32,000 nt of DNA from an uncultured Erysipelotrichaceae bacterium (GCA_942493105.1 OW818668.1:1110001-1142000); one strand, 5' to 3'. Numbered from the stretch's first letter, positions 17,071-25,195 are shown. Made by a program: numbers and translations. Notes: a model not told the origin generated them from the sequence alone.

Positions 17071-19410
17071 GTGAAAGACGATCAAAAAATCGAAAAATTA
17101 GATCATGATTTAATAGACCAAAACAAACATAATGATCAAGATCCAGTAAACTATGCTCGCCAATTAATTGAAGCAAGCATAGATGCTTTGGTTACGATAG
17201 ACATTTCTGGGAAAATAATGGATGTCAATAAAGCAACCGAAAAAGCCACTGGTTTATCAAGAACTACATTGATACACAGTGACTTTTCGTCTCATTTTAC
17301 AAACCCTAAATATGCTAAAAAATGTATTCGATTGACTCTTGAAAAAGGGGAATTGGTTAATTTTGACTTAACCATAAAACACAGTGATGGCAGTCTTACA
17401 CCTGTTTTATTTAATGCATCAACAGTCAAAGATAAACATGGACAAATCTATGGTATCTTTTTGGCGGCTCGAGATATAAGTGCACTAATCAATGCAGAGG
17501 ATAAATTGGCTACCCTAAAAGGTAGTCTTGAGTTGCTTATTAAGGATCGAAAGGATCGAACTGAAGAACTTGAGAAGACCAAGATGCTATTAAAATCAAG
17601 TTTAGACAGTCCAAGAGACATGATCATTCTTTCAATCGATAAAGACTACAACTATCTCTATTTTAATCAGGTACATAAAGAAGCGATGAAATTTGCCTAT
17701 GGTAAAGATATAAAGGTTGGAATGAATTTGTTGGATCAAATCAGTTCTGAATCAGATCGAAAAAAAGCCAAATTAAACTATGATAGGGCACTTCAAGGAA
17801 TATCTCATTCAACCATTGAAGCGTATGGGGATCTTGAGATTAGAACTTATGAAACTTTTTATAATACCATCCGCGATGATCAAGAGAATATTGTTGGAGC
17901 CACTGCTTTCTCACGTAATGTCTCTGATCGAATTAATGCTGAAGTTGAGCTTAAACATCAAAATAAACTGTTTACGTCGTTGTTGAAAATTTTGCCGGTT
18001 GGGGTGTTTATGGTGGATGCTAAAGATGGAAAACCTTTGGTTGCCAATGAAGCAGCTCAACAGATGTTAGGTCGCGGTATTTTACCAGATGCCAATATGT
18101 TTAATCTATCGAATGTGTATAAAGCTGTTAAGAAAGACACAGGCATTGTTTATCCAACAGATGAAATGCCAATTATTTTGGGTATGCAAGGTAAAGAATC
18201 GCATATTGACGATATGGTTGTTGAACGACCAGATGGGACCAGATCTTTACTTGAAGTTATTGGTACACCTTTGATTGATGATAAAGGTACCACTTGGGCT
18301 AGTTTGGTCACATTTTTAGATATTACTGAGCGACAGAAATCTCAAGAAAACCTCATTTATCTTAGTTTTCATGATCAGTTGACAGGGCTATATAATCGTC
18401 GTTTCTTTGAAGAAGAACTTCATCGTTTGAATACGAGACGTAATTATCCAATTACGATCGTTATGGGTGATGTCAACGGCTTGAAGCTTGTGAATGATAC
18501 TTTTGGCCATGCTATGGGAGACGACTTGTTGATCAAGGTTTCAAATGCTTTGAAACAAGGATGTAGAACAGATGACATCGTTGCACGTTATGGTGGTGAT
18601 GAATTCATCATCATCTTACCTAAAACCAATGCTGAAGAAGCTGATAAAGTTGTTCGCCGACTTAAGTATTATATTTCTCAAGAAAAATCAGATTCGATCG
18701 ATATTTCTGTTTCTTTTGGATCAGAAACTTTGAATGATGAATCACAATTGATTCAAGACATCATCAAGAAAACAGAAGATGATATGTATCAACACAAAGT
18801 ATATGAAAGTTCTTCAATGCGCAGTAAGACCATAGATTTGATCATGAAAACACTTTTTGAGAAAAATAACCGTGAAATGTTGCATTCAAAACGTGTCAGT
18901 GAACTTTGTGTTGCCATATCTAAGAGAATGAGACTAGGTAAAGAAGAAGTTAAAAAGATTCGTTTGACTGGGTTGATGCATGACATTGGAAAAATCGGTA
19001 TCAATGAGAAGATCCTGAATTCAACCATGAAGTTGGATGAGTTTGAGTTAGCAGAAATACAGAAACACAGTGAAATAGGCAGCCGAATTTTAGGAGCTTC
19101 AGGAGAATTTTCTGAAATTGCAGAGGTTGTTTTACAGCATCATGAGCGGTGGGATGGCAAGGGGTATCCTAGAGGACTCAAAGAAGACGAGATATCCTTA
19201 CATGCTAGGATCATTGCGGTAGCAGATACATTTGATGCGATCGTATCAGAGCGGGCCTATCGAGAATCTCTTAGTATCGATCAAGCCAAGGAAGAGATTA
19301 AATCATGTGCTGGGACACAATTTGATCCTTATGTGGTTGAGGTTTTAGTAAAACTAATTAATGAAAAAAATGAGGTTTTATATCACGGAACCTTACAAGA
19401 AGTAAAGTAA
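17071..19410 (+). CDS. Multi-PAS sensor with GGDEF diguanylate cyclase and HD-GYP phosphodiesterase domains
   Basis: 779 aa. GTG start 8 nt after AAAGGGA. Three PAS-like segments (about aa 25-135, 175-290, 300-425), with a coiled-coil after the first. GGDEF domain: intact RYGGDEF (GGDEF at nt 18592-18606) and an RxxD I-site (RTDD, 18565-18576) exactly 5 residues upstream. HD-GYP domain: LMHDIGK and HHERWDGKGYPRGL. Confidence 0.9.
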   Translation: MKDDQKIEKLDHDLIDQNKHNDQDPVNYARQLIEASIDALVTIDISGKIMDVNKATEKATGLSRTTLIHSDFSSHFTNPKYAKKCIRLTLEKGELVNFDLTIKHSDGSLTPVLFNASTVKDKHGQIYGIFLAARDISALINAEDKLATLKGSLELLIKDRKDRTEELEKTKMLLKSSLDSPRDMIILSIDKDYNYLYFNQVHKEAMKFAYGKDIKVGMNLLDQISSESDRKKAKLNYDRALQGISHSTIEAYGDLEIRTYETFYNTIRDDQENIVGATAFSRNVSDRINAEVELKHQNKLFTSLLKILPVGVFMVDAKDGKPLVANEAAQQMLGRGILPDANMFNLSNVYKAVKKDTGIVYPTDEMPIILGMQGKESHIDDMVVERPDGTRSLLEVIGTPLIDDKGTTWASLVTFLDITERQKSQENLIYLSFHDQLTGLYNRRFFEEELHRLNTRRNYPITIVMGDVNGLKLVNDTFGHAMGDDLLIKVSNALKQGCRTDDIVARYGGDEFIIILPKTNAEEADKVVRRLKYYISQEKSDSIDISVSFGSETLNDESQLIQDIIKKTEDDMYQHKVYESSSMRSKTIDLIMKTLFEKNNREMLHSKRVSELCVAISKRMRLGKEEVKKIRLTGLMHDIGKIGINEKILNSTMKLDEFELAEIQKHSEIGSRILGASGEFSEIAEVVLQHHERWDGKGYPRGLKEDEISLHARIIAVADTFDAIVSERAYRESLSIDQAKEEIKSCAGTQFDPYVVEVLVKLINEKNEVLYHGTLQEVK

Positions 19411-19472
19411 GGGATTATTAGAAGCTTTAATAAAGCTGATCTCTTATCATTGAATGAATTTAGTAATCAAAC

Positions 19473-19500
19473 AAAATCCTTCGCATGAAGGATTTTTATT
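19473..19500 (+). terminator. Rho-independent terminator after the GGDEF/HD-GYP gene
   Basis: AAAATCCTTC (19473-19482), GCAT loop, GAAGGATTTT (19487-19496), then TATT. Confidence 0.75.
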
Positions 19501-19786
19501 ATAGTTTAGCGACAGGTCTTGCCTCAATATAGCCGCGTTCACCTCTAACAAGGGGGTGTGAACTTGCTTTGACTGTTCTTGTGATAACTAAAAAAATGCT
19601 TTTAGTGATAAAGCTAAACACTAATAGAATATTGACCGGAATATACAAAAGTTCAATATAAAATCGATTTATCGCATCGACACATTTAAGTGAAGCTATT
19701 TTTTCCCAATAAAGACAAGCTATACTATTGATAATGTATATCATGAAACTATATTTATTGGATATCAAAGAGAATGAATCAGTCAT
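19499..19786 (-). CDS. Doubtful small hydrophobic ORF (95 aa), or a non-coding spacer
   Basis: The only minus-strand ORF inside the co-oriented block. Weak SD (ataGGtcagATG). Very AT-rich, with no motif I recognise. Its 3' end is noticeably more GC-rich (..HPLVRGERGYIEARPVAKL). Confidence 0.2.
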   Translation of the reverse strand: MTDSFSLISNKYSFMIYIINSIACLYWEKIASLKCVDAINRFYIELLYIPVNILLVFSFITKSIFLVITRTVKASSHPLVRGERGYIEARPVAKL

Positions 19787-19988
19787 CTGACCTATGATAC
19801 AATTAAAGAAATAGATAGCAATCTATTCTAAGTCATCTGATATTTAACAGAAAAACATAAATTATTCAATAGTAATAAAATCTGTTAAAGTAAGATATAT
19901 GAAAGAGGGGGAATATAACATATAGATAAGGCCTATATTACCTGTTTTTAAACTATAGAATTAATCATATTTAACCAAAGGAGCACTA

Positions 19989-21149
19989 ATGTATCTAAAC
20001 ATATCTGAAGACCGTTTAAAACAACAAAATGCATTTGAAACAGCGAGAGAGATTTCACATCAGCCAATAACCTGGCTTAAAACAGTCAAAGTAATCGAAT
20101 CGGTTAAGATTCAATTGGCTCAATTTCTAAATAAAATAAACAATAGTGGTTCCTATGATGTCATTTTTATGGGTGCTGGAACCAGTGAATATGTAGGTAA
20201 TGTTTTAGCTTTAGCTCTTAATTCTGAACATGATTTTTCCTTAAGATCAGTTGCTACTACCGATATGGTTTCGGCTCCACTTCAGTTCATCAATCAAAAC
20301 AAACATACTTTGTTCATTTCATTTGGACGCAGTGGTAATTCTCCAGAATCTTTAGGGGCTATCCATGCAGTTGAAGCTGTTTGTCAAAAGTCCCATCATT
20401 TGTTTATCACATGTAATAAAGATGGTAAGTTAGCACAGTTGGCATCAAATATGCCTAATGCCTTTGCGGTGGTGCTACCTGAAGAGACAAATGATGCAGG
20501 CTTCGCAATGACCTCCAGTTTTACCAGTATGTTACTTGCTGCGTATCTTATGTTTAATTTAAATCAACTTGAGGAGTTGACTTCGTTTGTTAATGAAATG
20601 GCCATAAATGTTGAAAATCAATTGATACAGATCGCTACAAAAGTACAATCAATAATCGATCAATTTGATTTTGAACGGATTATCTATCTAGGTTCTCACC
20701 TGATGAGAGCTTATGCTCAGGAAAGTGGATTAAAAGTTCTTGAATTGACGGCTGGGGAAATAGCAACCATGTATGAAAGTCCTTTAGGTTTCAGACACGG
20801 ACCTAAATCCTTCATTAACGAGGATAGTTTGATCGTTGTTTATTTCCATGATGACCCATTGATAAGAAAATACGAAGTTGATTTAGTCAATGAATTAAAA
20901 CGTCAACAAAAAGGGTATAAGATTCTTGCGGTTAATCATACAACACTCGATCTTGAAACAGACTATAATATTTCGTTGCCTATTACATCAGATTTACCTA
21001 TGGTCTTGGTTGGACTTGAGATGATGAGCGTAGCTCATTGTATTGCTTTCCTGAAATCATTTGCATTGGGCAACACAACAGACAATCCTTGTCCAACAGG
21101 TGAGGTTAATCGTGTGGTTACCGGAGTAACCTTGTATCCTGTAAAGTAA
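19989..21149 (+). CDS. agaS: SIS-domain galactosamine-6-phosphate deaminase/isomerase (tagatose-6-phosphate ketose/aldose isomerase), AgaS type
   Basis: 386 aa, SD AAAGGAG. Collinear with E. coli AgaS as I recall it: EISHQPITW, GAGTSEY, ISFGRSGNSPES, ITCNKDG, DAGFAMTSSFTSM, LKVLELTAG, ESPLGFRHGPKS, GEVNRVVTGVTLYP. Confidence 0.9.
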   Translation: MYLNISEDRLKQQNAFETAREISHQPITWLKTVKVIESVKIQLAQFLNKINNSGSYDVIFMGAGTSEYVGNVLALALNSEHDFSLRSVATTDMVSAPLQFINQNKHTLFISFGRSGNSPESLGAIHAVEAVCQKSHHLFITCNKDGKLAQLASNMPNAFAVVLPEETNDAGFAMTSSFTSMLLAAYLMFNLNQLEELTSFVNEMAINVENQLIQIATKVQSIIDQFDFERIIYLGSHLMRAYAQESGLKVLELTAGEIATMYESPLGFRHGPKSFINEDSLIVVYFHDDPLIRKYEVDLVNELKRQQKGYKILAVNHTTLDLETDYNISLPITSDLPMVLVGLEMMSVAHCIAFLKSFALGNTTDNPCPTGEVNRVVTGVTLYPVK

Positions 21150-21201
21150 TCAATCTAAATCCTGTTTAATCTAAATATCGAATCTATTGAAAGGCGAATC
21201 T

Positions 21202-22494
21202 ATGAAACATCCCTTATTAGAAATATTAACCAATCGGCAATCAGGACACATTAAAGGAACCATATCTTTGTGTACCGCAAGTCCTCTTGTGATTGAAGCG
21301 AGTATGCAGCATTATAAAAAATTCAAGAGCCCATTGGTTATTGAAGCTACGGCCAATCAAGTTAATCAAGATGGGGGATATACAAATATGACCCCTCAAG
21401 ATTATGCAGATTATATTCATGAATTAGCTCGTAAAAACGAGTTTCCTTTGAATCGTTTGATATTGGGTGGAGATCATCTTGGGCCATTGGTTTGGAGTAA
21501 TCTTGATGAAACAACAGCCATGGCAAAATCTGAAATCCTAATTGCATCCTTTGTAATGGCAGGTTTTACAAAAATACATGTTGATACCAGCATGAAGGTT
21601 GGAAGCGATGATAAACATCACATTCTTTCAACAGAGATCATTGCTAAAAGAGGTATTCAACTTATAAAAGTTGCTGAAGCAGCATATCAGAAACGGTTGC
21701 TTAATTATCCTAATGCCTTAGCTCCTGTATACATCATAGGTTCGGAAGTACCTATACCAGGTGGAGCACAAGAAGAAGAATCTCTGGCTGTCACTACACC
21801 ATCCGCATTTACAGAGACTGTTGACATCTATCGGACAGTCATGGTGCAAGAAGGTTTAAGCGACGTTTGGGGTCGTGTATTGGCTGTAGTTGTTCAACCG
21901 GGAGTTGAGTTTGGCGACAGCACTGTTCACGAATATAACCGAAGTGCAGCACTCAAACTTACAGAGAGTTTAAAGTCATATCATCCTTTATGCTTTGAGG
22001 GACACTCAACAGATTATCAAACCAAGCACCATCTTAAGGCCATGGTGGAAGATGGCATCGCAATCCTAAAGGTTGGGCCAGGATTGACTTTCGCCCTTAG
22101 AGAAGGCTTATTTGCCTTGTCAAATATGGAAGAAGAAATGATTGATCATGATCAATCAAAGTCGCATTTTAAACAAGTCCTAGAAAATGCAATGCTAAAA
22201 GAACCAAAGAATTGGCGTAAACACTACCATGGATCAGATATAGAACTCGCCTTTGCACGTAAGTTTAGTTATTCTGATCGTAGTCGCTATTATATGTTTG
22301 ATGCAGAAGTAGTATCATCCATCGATCTTCTATTCAAAAATACAGAAATGATCCCTTTGACGCTTCTAAGCCAATACATGCCAATACAATATCGAAAAGT
22401 AAGAGAAGGAAAATTGGTGAATGATCCCAGACTTTTGGTGAGTGATTGGGTAAATGAACTAGTCAATGACTATCTTTATGCTTGTGAAGTGTAG
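21202..22494 (+). CDS. kbaZ: GatZ/KbaZ-family protein (tagatose-bisphosphate aldolase accessory subunit family; possibly tagatose-6-P 4-epimerase)
   Basis: The ORF track begins at TTG 21187. ATG 21202 (MKHPLLEIL...) matches the E. coli KbaZ N-terminus MKHL... Collinear motifs: IEATANQVNQDGGYTNMTP, LGGDHLGP, GFTKIHVDTSM, IGSEVPIPGG, VVQPGVEF, FEGHSTDYQT, ILKVGPGLTFALREGLF, YSYSDRSRYY. Confidence 0.9.
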   Translation: MKHPLLEILTNRQSGHIKGTISLCTASPLVIEASMQHYKKFKSPLVIEATANQVNQDGGYTNMTPQDYADYIHELARKNEFPLNRLILGGDHLGPLVWSNLDETTAMAKSEILIASFVMAGFTKIHVDTSMKVGSDDKHHILSTEIIAKRGIQLIKVAEAAYQKRLLNYPNALAPVYIIGSEVPIPGGAQEEESLAVTTPSAFTETVDIYRTVMVQEGLSDVWGRVLAVVVQPGVEFGDSTVHEYNRSAALKLTESLKSYHPLCFEGHSTDYQTKHHLKAMVEDGIAILKVGPGLTFALREGLFALSNMEEEMIDHDQSKSHFKQVLENAMLKEPKNWRKHYHGSDIELAFARKFSYSDRSRYYMFDAEVVSSIDLLFKNTEMIPLTLLSQYMPIQYRKVREGKLVNDPRLLVSDWVNELVNDYLYACEV

Positions 22495-22562
22495 TCAAAA
22501 CTTTAGTCCAAGGATAGGATATCTGTTTATAAAGTGAATAAGTTTTTAAAGAGGCACCACAT

Positions 22563-23333
22563 ATGCAGGACAAAATCGATTTTCTAAAAGAGTTGTTACC
22601 ACTGATTAGAGAAAAATATCTGAATCAAACAACATCTGAAGTTACCATTAAAGAAGACTCCTTTGATAACATCGTCACAGATATCGATTTCAAAATTCAA
22701 AATGATTTGACAACAGCTTTGTCTTCTAAATTCCCTGAGGTCACATTTTTAGCTGAAGAGAATGATCTGCAGGATATTTCGGATAAGATGTGGATCATTG
22801 ATCCAATAGATGGAACAAAGAACTTTTATCGTAAAAATGAAGATTATGCTTTATCAATCGCATACTTTGAACATAAGGAACCTTGTTTCGGATTTGTATA
22901 TGACATCGCGAAAAACCTGCTTTATCTTGGTATTACGGGTAAAGGTGCATGGGTCAATAATCAGAAAATAATTCAACCCAGGCAAAGAACATTGAATGAA
23001 TCTGTTTTGGATATGAATTTAAAAACTGTATTTATGTTGAATGTACATAAACAAAGCTGTATTGAAGATCTAAATTCGAAGATCTTTGCACACAGAAACA
23101 TTGGTTCAGCTGCAATAAGTCTGTGCCGTATTGCTTCAGGATCTCACGAAATATATATCAATAGTCATTTAAAACTATGGGATTTCGCAGCTGCAAGAAT
23201 TATTCTCCAGGAAGTTGGAGGAATTGTCGCATTACCATTTGAAGCACAAACACCATTTAATAATAAAAGTGTTCTCTTGGTGGCATGCTCAACTCCTTTG
23301 CTCTTTAAGGAAGTCTATGAAATTCTATTTTGA
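22563..23333 (+). CDS. Inositol monophosphatase (IMPase/SuhB/FBPase-like) family sugar phosphatase
   Basis: 256 aa, SD AAAGAGG. FLAEE, WIIDPIDGTKNF and WDFAAARIILQEVGG are the IMPase-family metal and substrate motifs. Confidence 0.85.
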   Translation: MQDKIDFLKELLPLIREKYLNQTTSEVTIKEDSFDNIVTDIDFKIQNDLTTALSSKFPEVTFLAEENDLQDISDKMWIIDPIDGTKNFYRKNEDYALSIAYFEHKEPCFGFVYDIAKNLLYLGITGKGAWVNNQKIIQPRQRTLNESVLDMNLKTVFMLNVHKQSCIEDLNSKIFAHRNIGSAAISLCRIASGSHEIYINSHLKLWDFAAARIILQEVGGIVALPFEAQTPFNNKSVLLVACSTPLLFKEVYEILF

Positions 23334-23372
23334 TTGTTAACTGAACTTATTAATGTTAGATTCATTGATCCT

Positions 23373-23398
23373 AAACGAACTTGGTTCGTTTTTTATTT
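23373..23398 (+). terminator. Rho-independent terminator after the agaS-kbaZ-IMPase operon
   Basis: AAACGAAC (23373-23380), TTG loop, GTTCGTTT (23384-23391), then TTTATTT. Confidence 0.7.
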
Positions 23399-23510
23399 GC
23401 TAAAGTTCATGAAATAAACAAAAAATTAGTCAATAAAACCTGATATTAATATTCACTCGATATATAAGTTATAATGTATACACAAATAGAAACAGGAATT
23501 AAGTAAAGAA

Positions 23511-24170
23511 ATGAAAAAAAAGAAAATTGTTATCTTTGATATGGATGGTTTATTGTTGGACACAGAGAGAATCTATGTCCAATGCTGGAAACAAACCTTT
23601 GTTGAATGCAAACTAGAAATTGCCCCAGAAGAAATTGATGGTTTTATCGGAATTGGCTTTGATGAATTAAAAAGGAAGATGAGTTTTCGCTTTGGTACAG
23701 AGGAAGAATTTCATAGATTAAGGAATTATAGGGAGATGCTTTTTTGGGCACACATTGAAAAATATGGATTACCAATTAAGAAAGGCTCAGTTCAGATTTT
23801 AAAATATCTTAAAGAAAAAGGAGTTTTAACAGCACTTGCAACATCCACTTATCAAAATAGAGCCGAAAAACTTCTTAAACACGCAAATTTGACCCACAAA
23901 TTTGATTTTGAGGTCTATGGTGATCAAGTTGAAAGAACTAAACCACATCCTGATCTTTTTAACCATGTTTCAGATATTTCAGGAATAGGAAAAGAACAAT
24001 GCATTATATTTGAAGATTCTTATAATGGTGTGAAGTCTGCTAATCGTGCAGGAATCGATGTTGTATGGATTAGAGATTTGGTTGATTTAGCTCGCATGAA
24101 TGATATCAATTACATAGCAGCTCTTGAATCTCTAGAAGACGGAATCTCTTATATTGAAGCATATATTTAG
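23511..24170 (+). CDS. HAD-superfamily hydrolase, subfamily IA (beta-phosphoglucomutase / sugar-phosphatase-like)
   Basis: 219 aa. Motif I is VIFDMDGLLLDTE. The middle motif is LATST. TKPHPDLF and FEDSYNGVKSANRAGI form motifs III/IV. Confidence 0.85.
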   Translation: MKKKKIVIFDMDGLLLDTERIYVQCWKQTFVECKLEIAPEEIDGFIGIGFDELKRKMSFRFGTEEEFHRLRNYREMLFWAHIEKYGLPIKKGSVQILKYLKEKGVLTALATSTYQNRAEKLLKHANLTHKFDFEVYGDQVERTKPHPDLFNHVSDISGIGKEQCIIFEDSYNGVKSANRAGIDVVWIRDLVDLARMNDINYIAALESLEDGISYIEAYI

Positions 24171-24215
24171 ACGGTAATACTGGGTGGCATACAATCGTGG
24201 TGAAATGTACCTAAA

Positions 24216-24225
24216 TGTCTAGACA
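24216..24225. promoter_or_regulatory. Perfect 10-bp palindrome TGTCTAGACA; candidate operator of the downstream GntR/HutC regulator
   Basis: Read directly, about 50 bp upstream of the PTS EIIA start. The core GTCTAGAC resembles HutC-subfamily (NagR/DasR 'dre'-type) operators. It overlaps a -35-like TAGACA (24220-24225) and is flanked by three AAATGT(A) repeats (24203, 24213, 24225). Confidence 0.45.
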
Positions 24226-24273
24226 AATGTATTTTTGTGTGATATTGTGTGAAGGTAAGTAGGAGGTAAGGGC

Positions 24274-24672
24274 ATGAAGAAAATACTAATTTGTACTCAT
24301 GGTGATTTAGCCAAGGGATTTATCAACTCTGCTCAGATGATCGTTGGAGACACCCCAAGTGTTTATGAGTTGTGTGTTTCTATGCAAGACACCATCGAAG
24401 AAGTTAAAAGTAGAATCAGTAAATTCATTTCAGAATGTGATCCCAATGATCACAAAATCATCTTAACTGACATTCCTGGCGGAAGCACAACACAAGCTGC
24501 CTTTTATTTCATAGATACAAAGAAGAAGCAGTATGTTGTGAGTGGCGTCAACCTTGGACTTTTACTCGAGGTAATACTATCTCCCGTTGAAAATATGGAA
24601 GAATTATTGAGCAGTGCCGTTGAAAGTGGTAAAGAGACGATGAAATATTTGAACATTTCATTCAGTCTTTAA
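24274..24672 (+). CDS. PTS mannose/fructose/sorbose-family EIIA component
   Basis: 132 aa, SD GGAGG. The N-terminus MKKILICTHGDLAKG carries the conserved phosphorylatable His (THG). DIPGGS motif present. Confidence 0.85.
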   Translation: MKKILICTHGDLAKGFINSAQMIVGDTPSVYELCVSMQDTIEEVKSRISKFISECDPNDHKIILTDIPGGSTTQAAFYFIDTKKKQYVVSGVNLGLLLEVILSPVENMEELLSSAVESGKETMKYLNISFSL

Positions 24673-24691
24673 ATACGAAAGGAGAAAAGAT

Positions 24692-25177
24692 ATGATTAAA
24701 TTGCTTAGAGTTGATGATCGATTGATTCATGGACAAGTGGCAATGGTTTGGACGTCTTATCTACAGGCAAATGTAATTCTAGTAGCCAATGATAAAGCAA
24801 CAAATGATCCAATTATGAAAATGTCACTGAGTCTGGCAAAGCCGCCTGGAGTCGATCTACAGTTTCGCACTGTCAAAGATGCAGCCGGATATTTAAATGA
24901 TCCTACTCTGGCGAACAAGAAAATCTTTGTGGTGGTTGAGAATTCTGAAGATGCAAGAATAATTTGTGATGGTGTCTCGGAAATCGACAAAGTAGTTTTC
25001 GGGGGTATGAGAAAATCGGGAGATAAGAAGATTATTGATCGGCAAGTGTTCTTAGATCGAAAAGATTTCGATAATTGGAAACATATGCTAGAAATCGGTA
25101 AAGATGTTCATATTCAGGTAGTACCATCTGAAAGAAAACTAACTTATTCAGATGCTGAAAAAATCTTTAATAAGTAA
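24692..25177 (+). CDS. PTS mannose/sorbose-family EIIB component
   Basis: 161 aa, SD AAAGGAG. LLRVDDRLIHGQV is the EIIB(Man/Sor) phospho-His motif. Confidence 0.9.
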   Translation: MIKLLRVDDRLIHGQVAMVWTSYLQANVILVANDKATNDPIMKMSLSLAKPPGVDLQFRTVKDAAGYLNDPTLANKKIFVVVENSEDARIICDGVSEIDKVVFGGMRKSGDKKIIDRQVFLDRKDFDNWKHMLEIGKDVHIQVVPSERKLTYSDAEKIFNK

Positions 25178-25195
25178 ATAACATAGGAGGAAAAT

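Noticed and set aside
19811-19889. Inverted repeats upstream of agaS as operators or a riboswitch-like stem: aATAGAT-agca-ATCTATt (19810-19827) and TTTAACAG...CTGTTAAA (19843-19850 / 19882-19889).
   Set aside because: For 7-8 bp AT-rich arms in a 200-bp AT-rich spacer, my rough estimate is about one or more such matches by chance. They do not resemble the TGTCTAGACA site or any operator consensus I know.
24185-24200. Sigma-54 (-24/-12) promoter upstream of the mannose-class PTS genes (TGGCAT at 24185-24190).
   Set aside because: The -24-like TGGCAT is not followed by a TTGC -12 element at the required spacing; the sequence there is CGTG. No LevR/EBP-type activator is encoded in the window. 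A GntR operator and sigma-A-like elements explain the region better.
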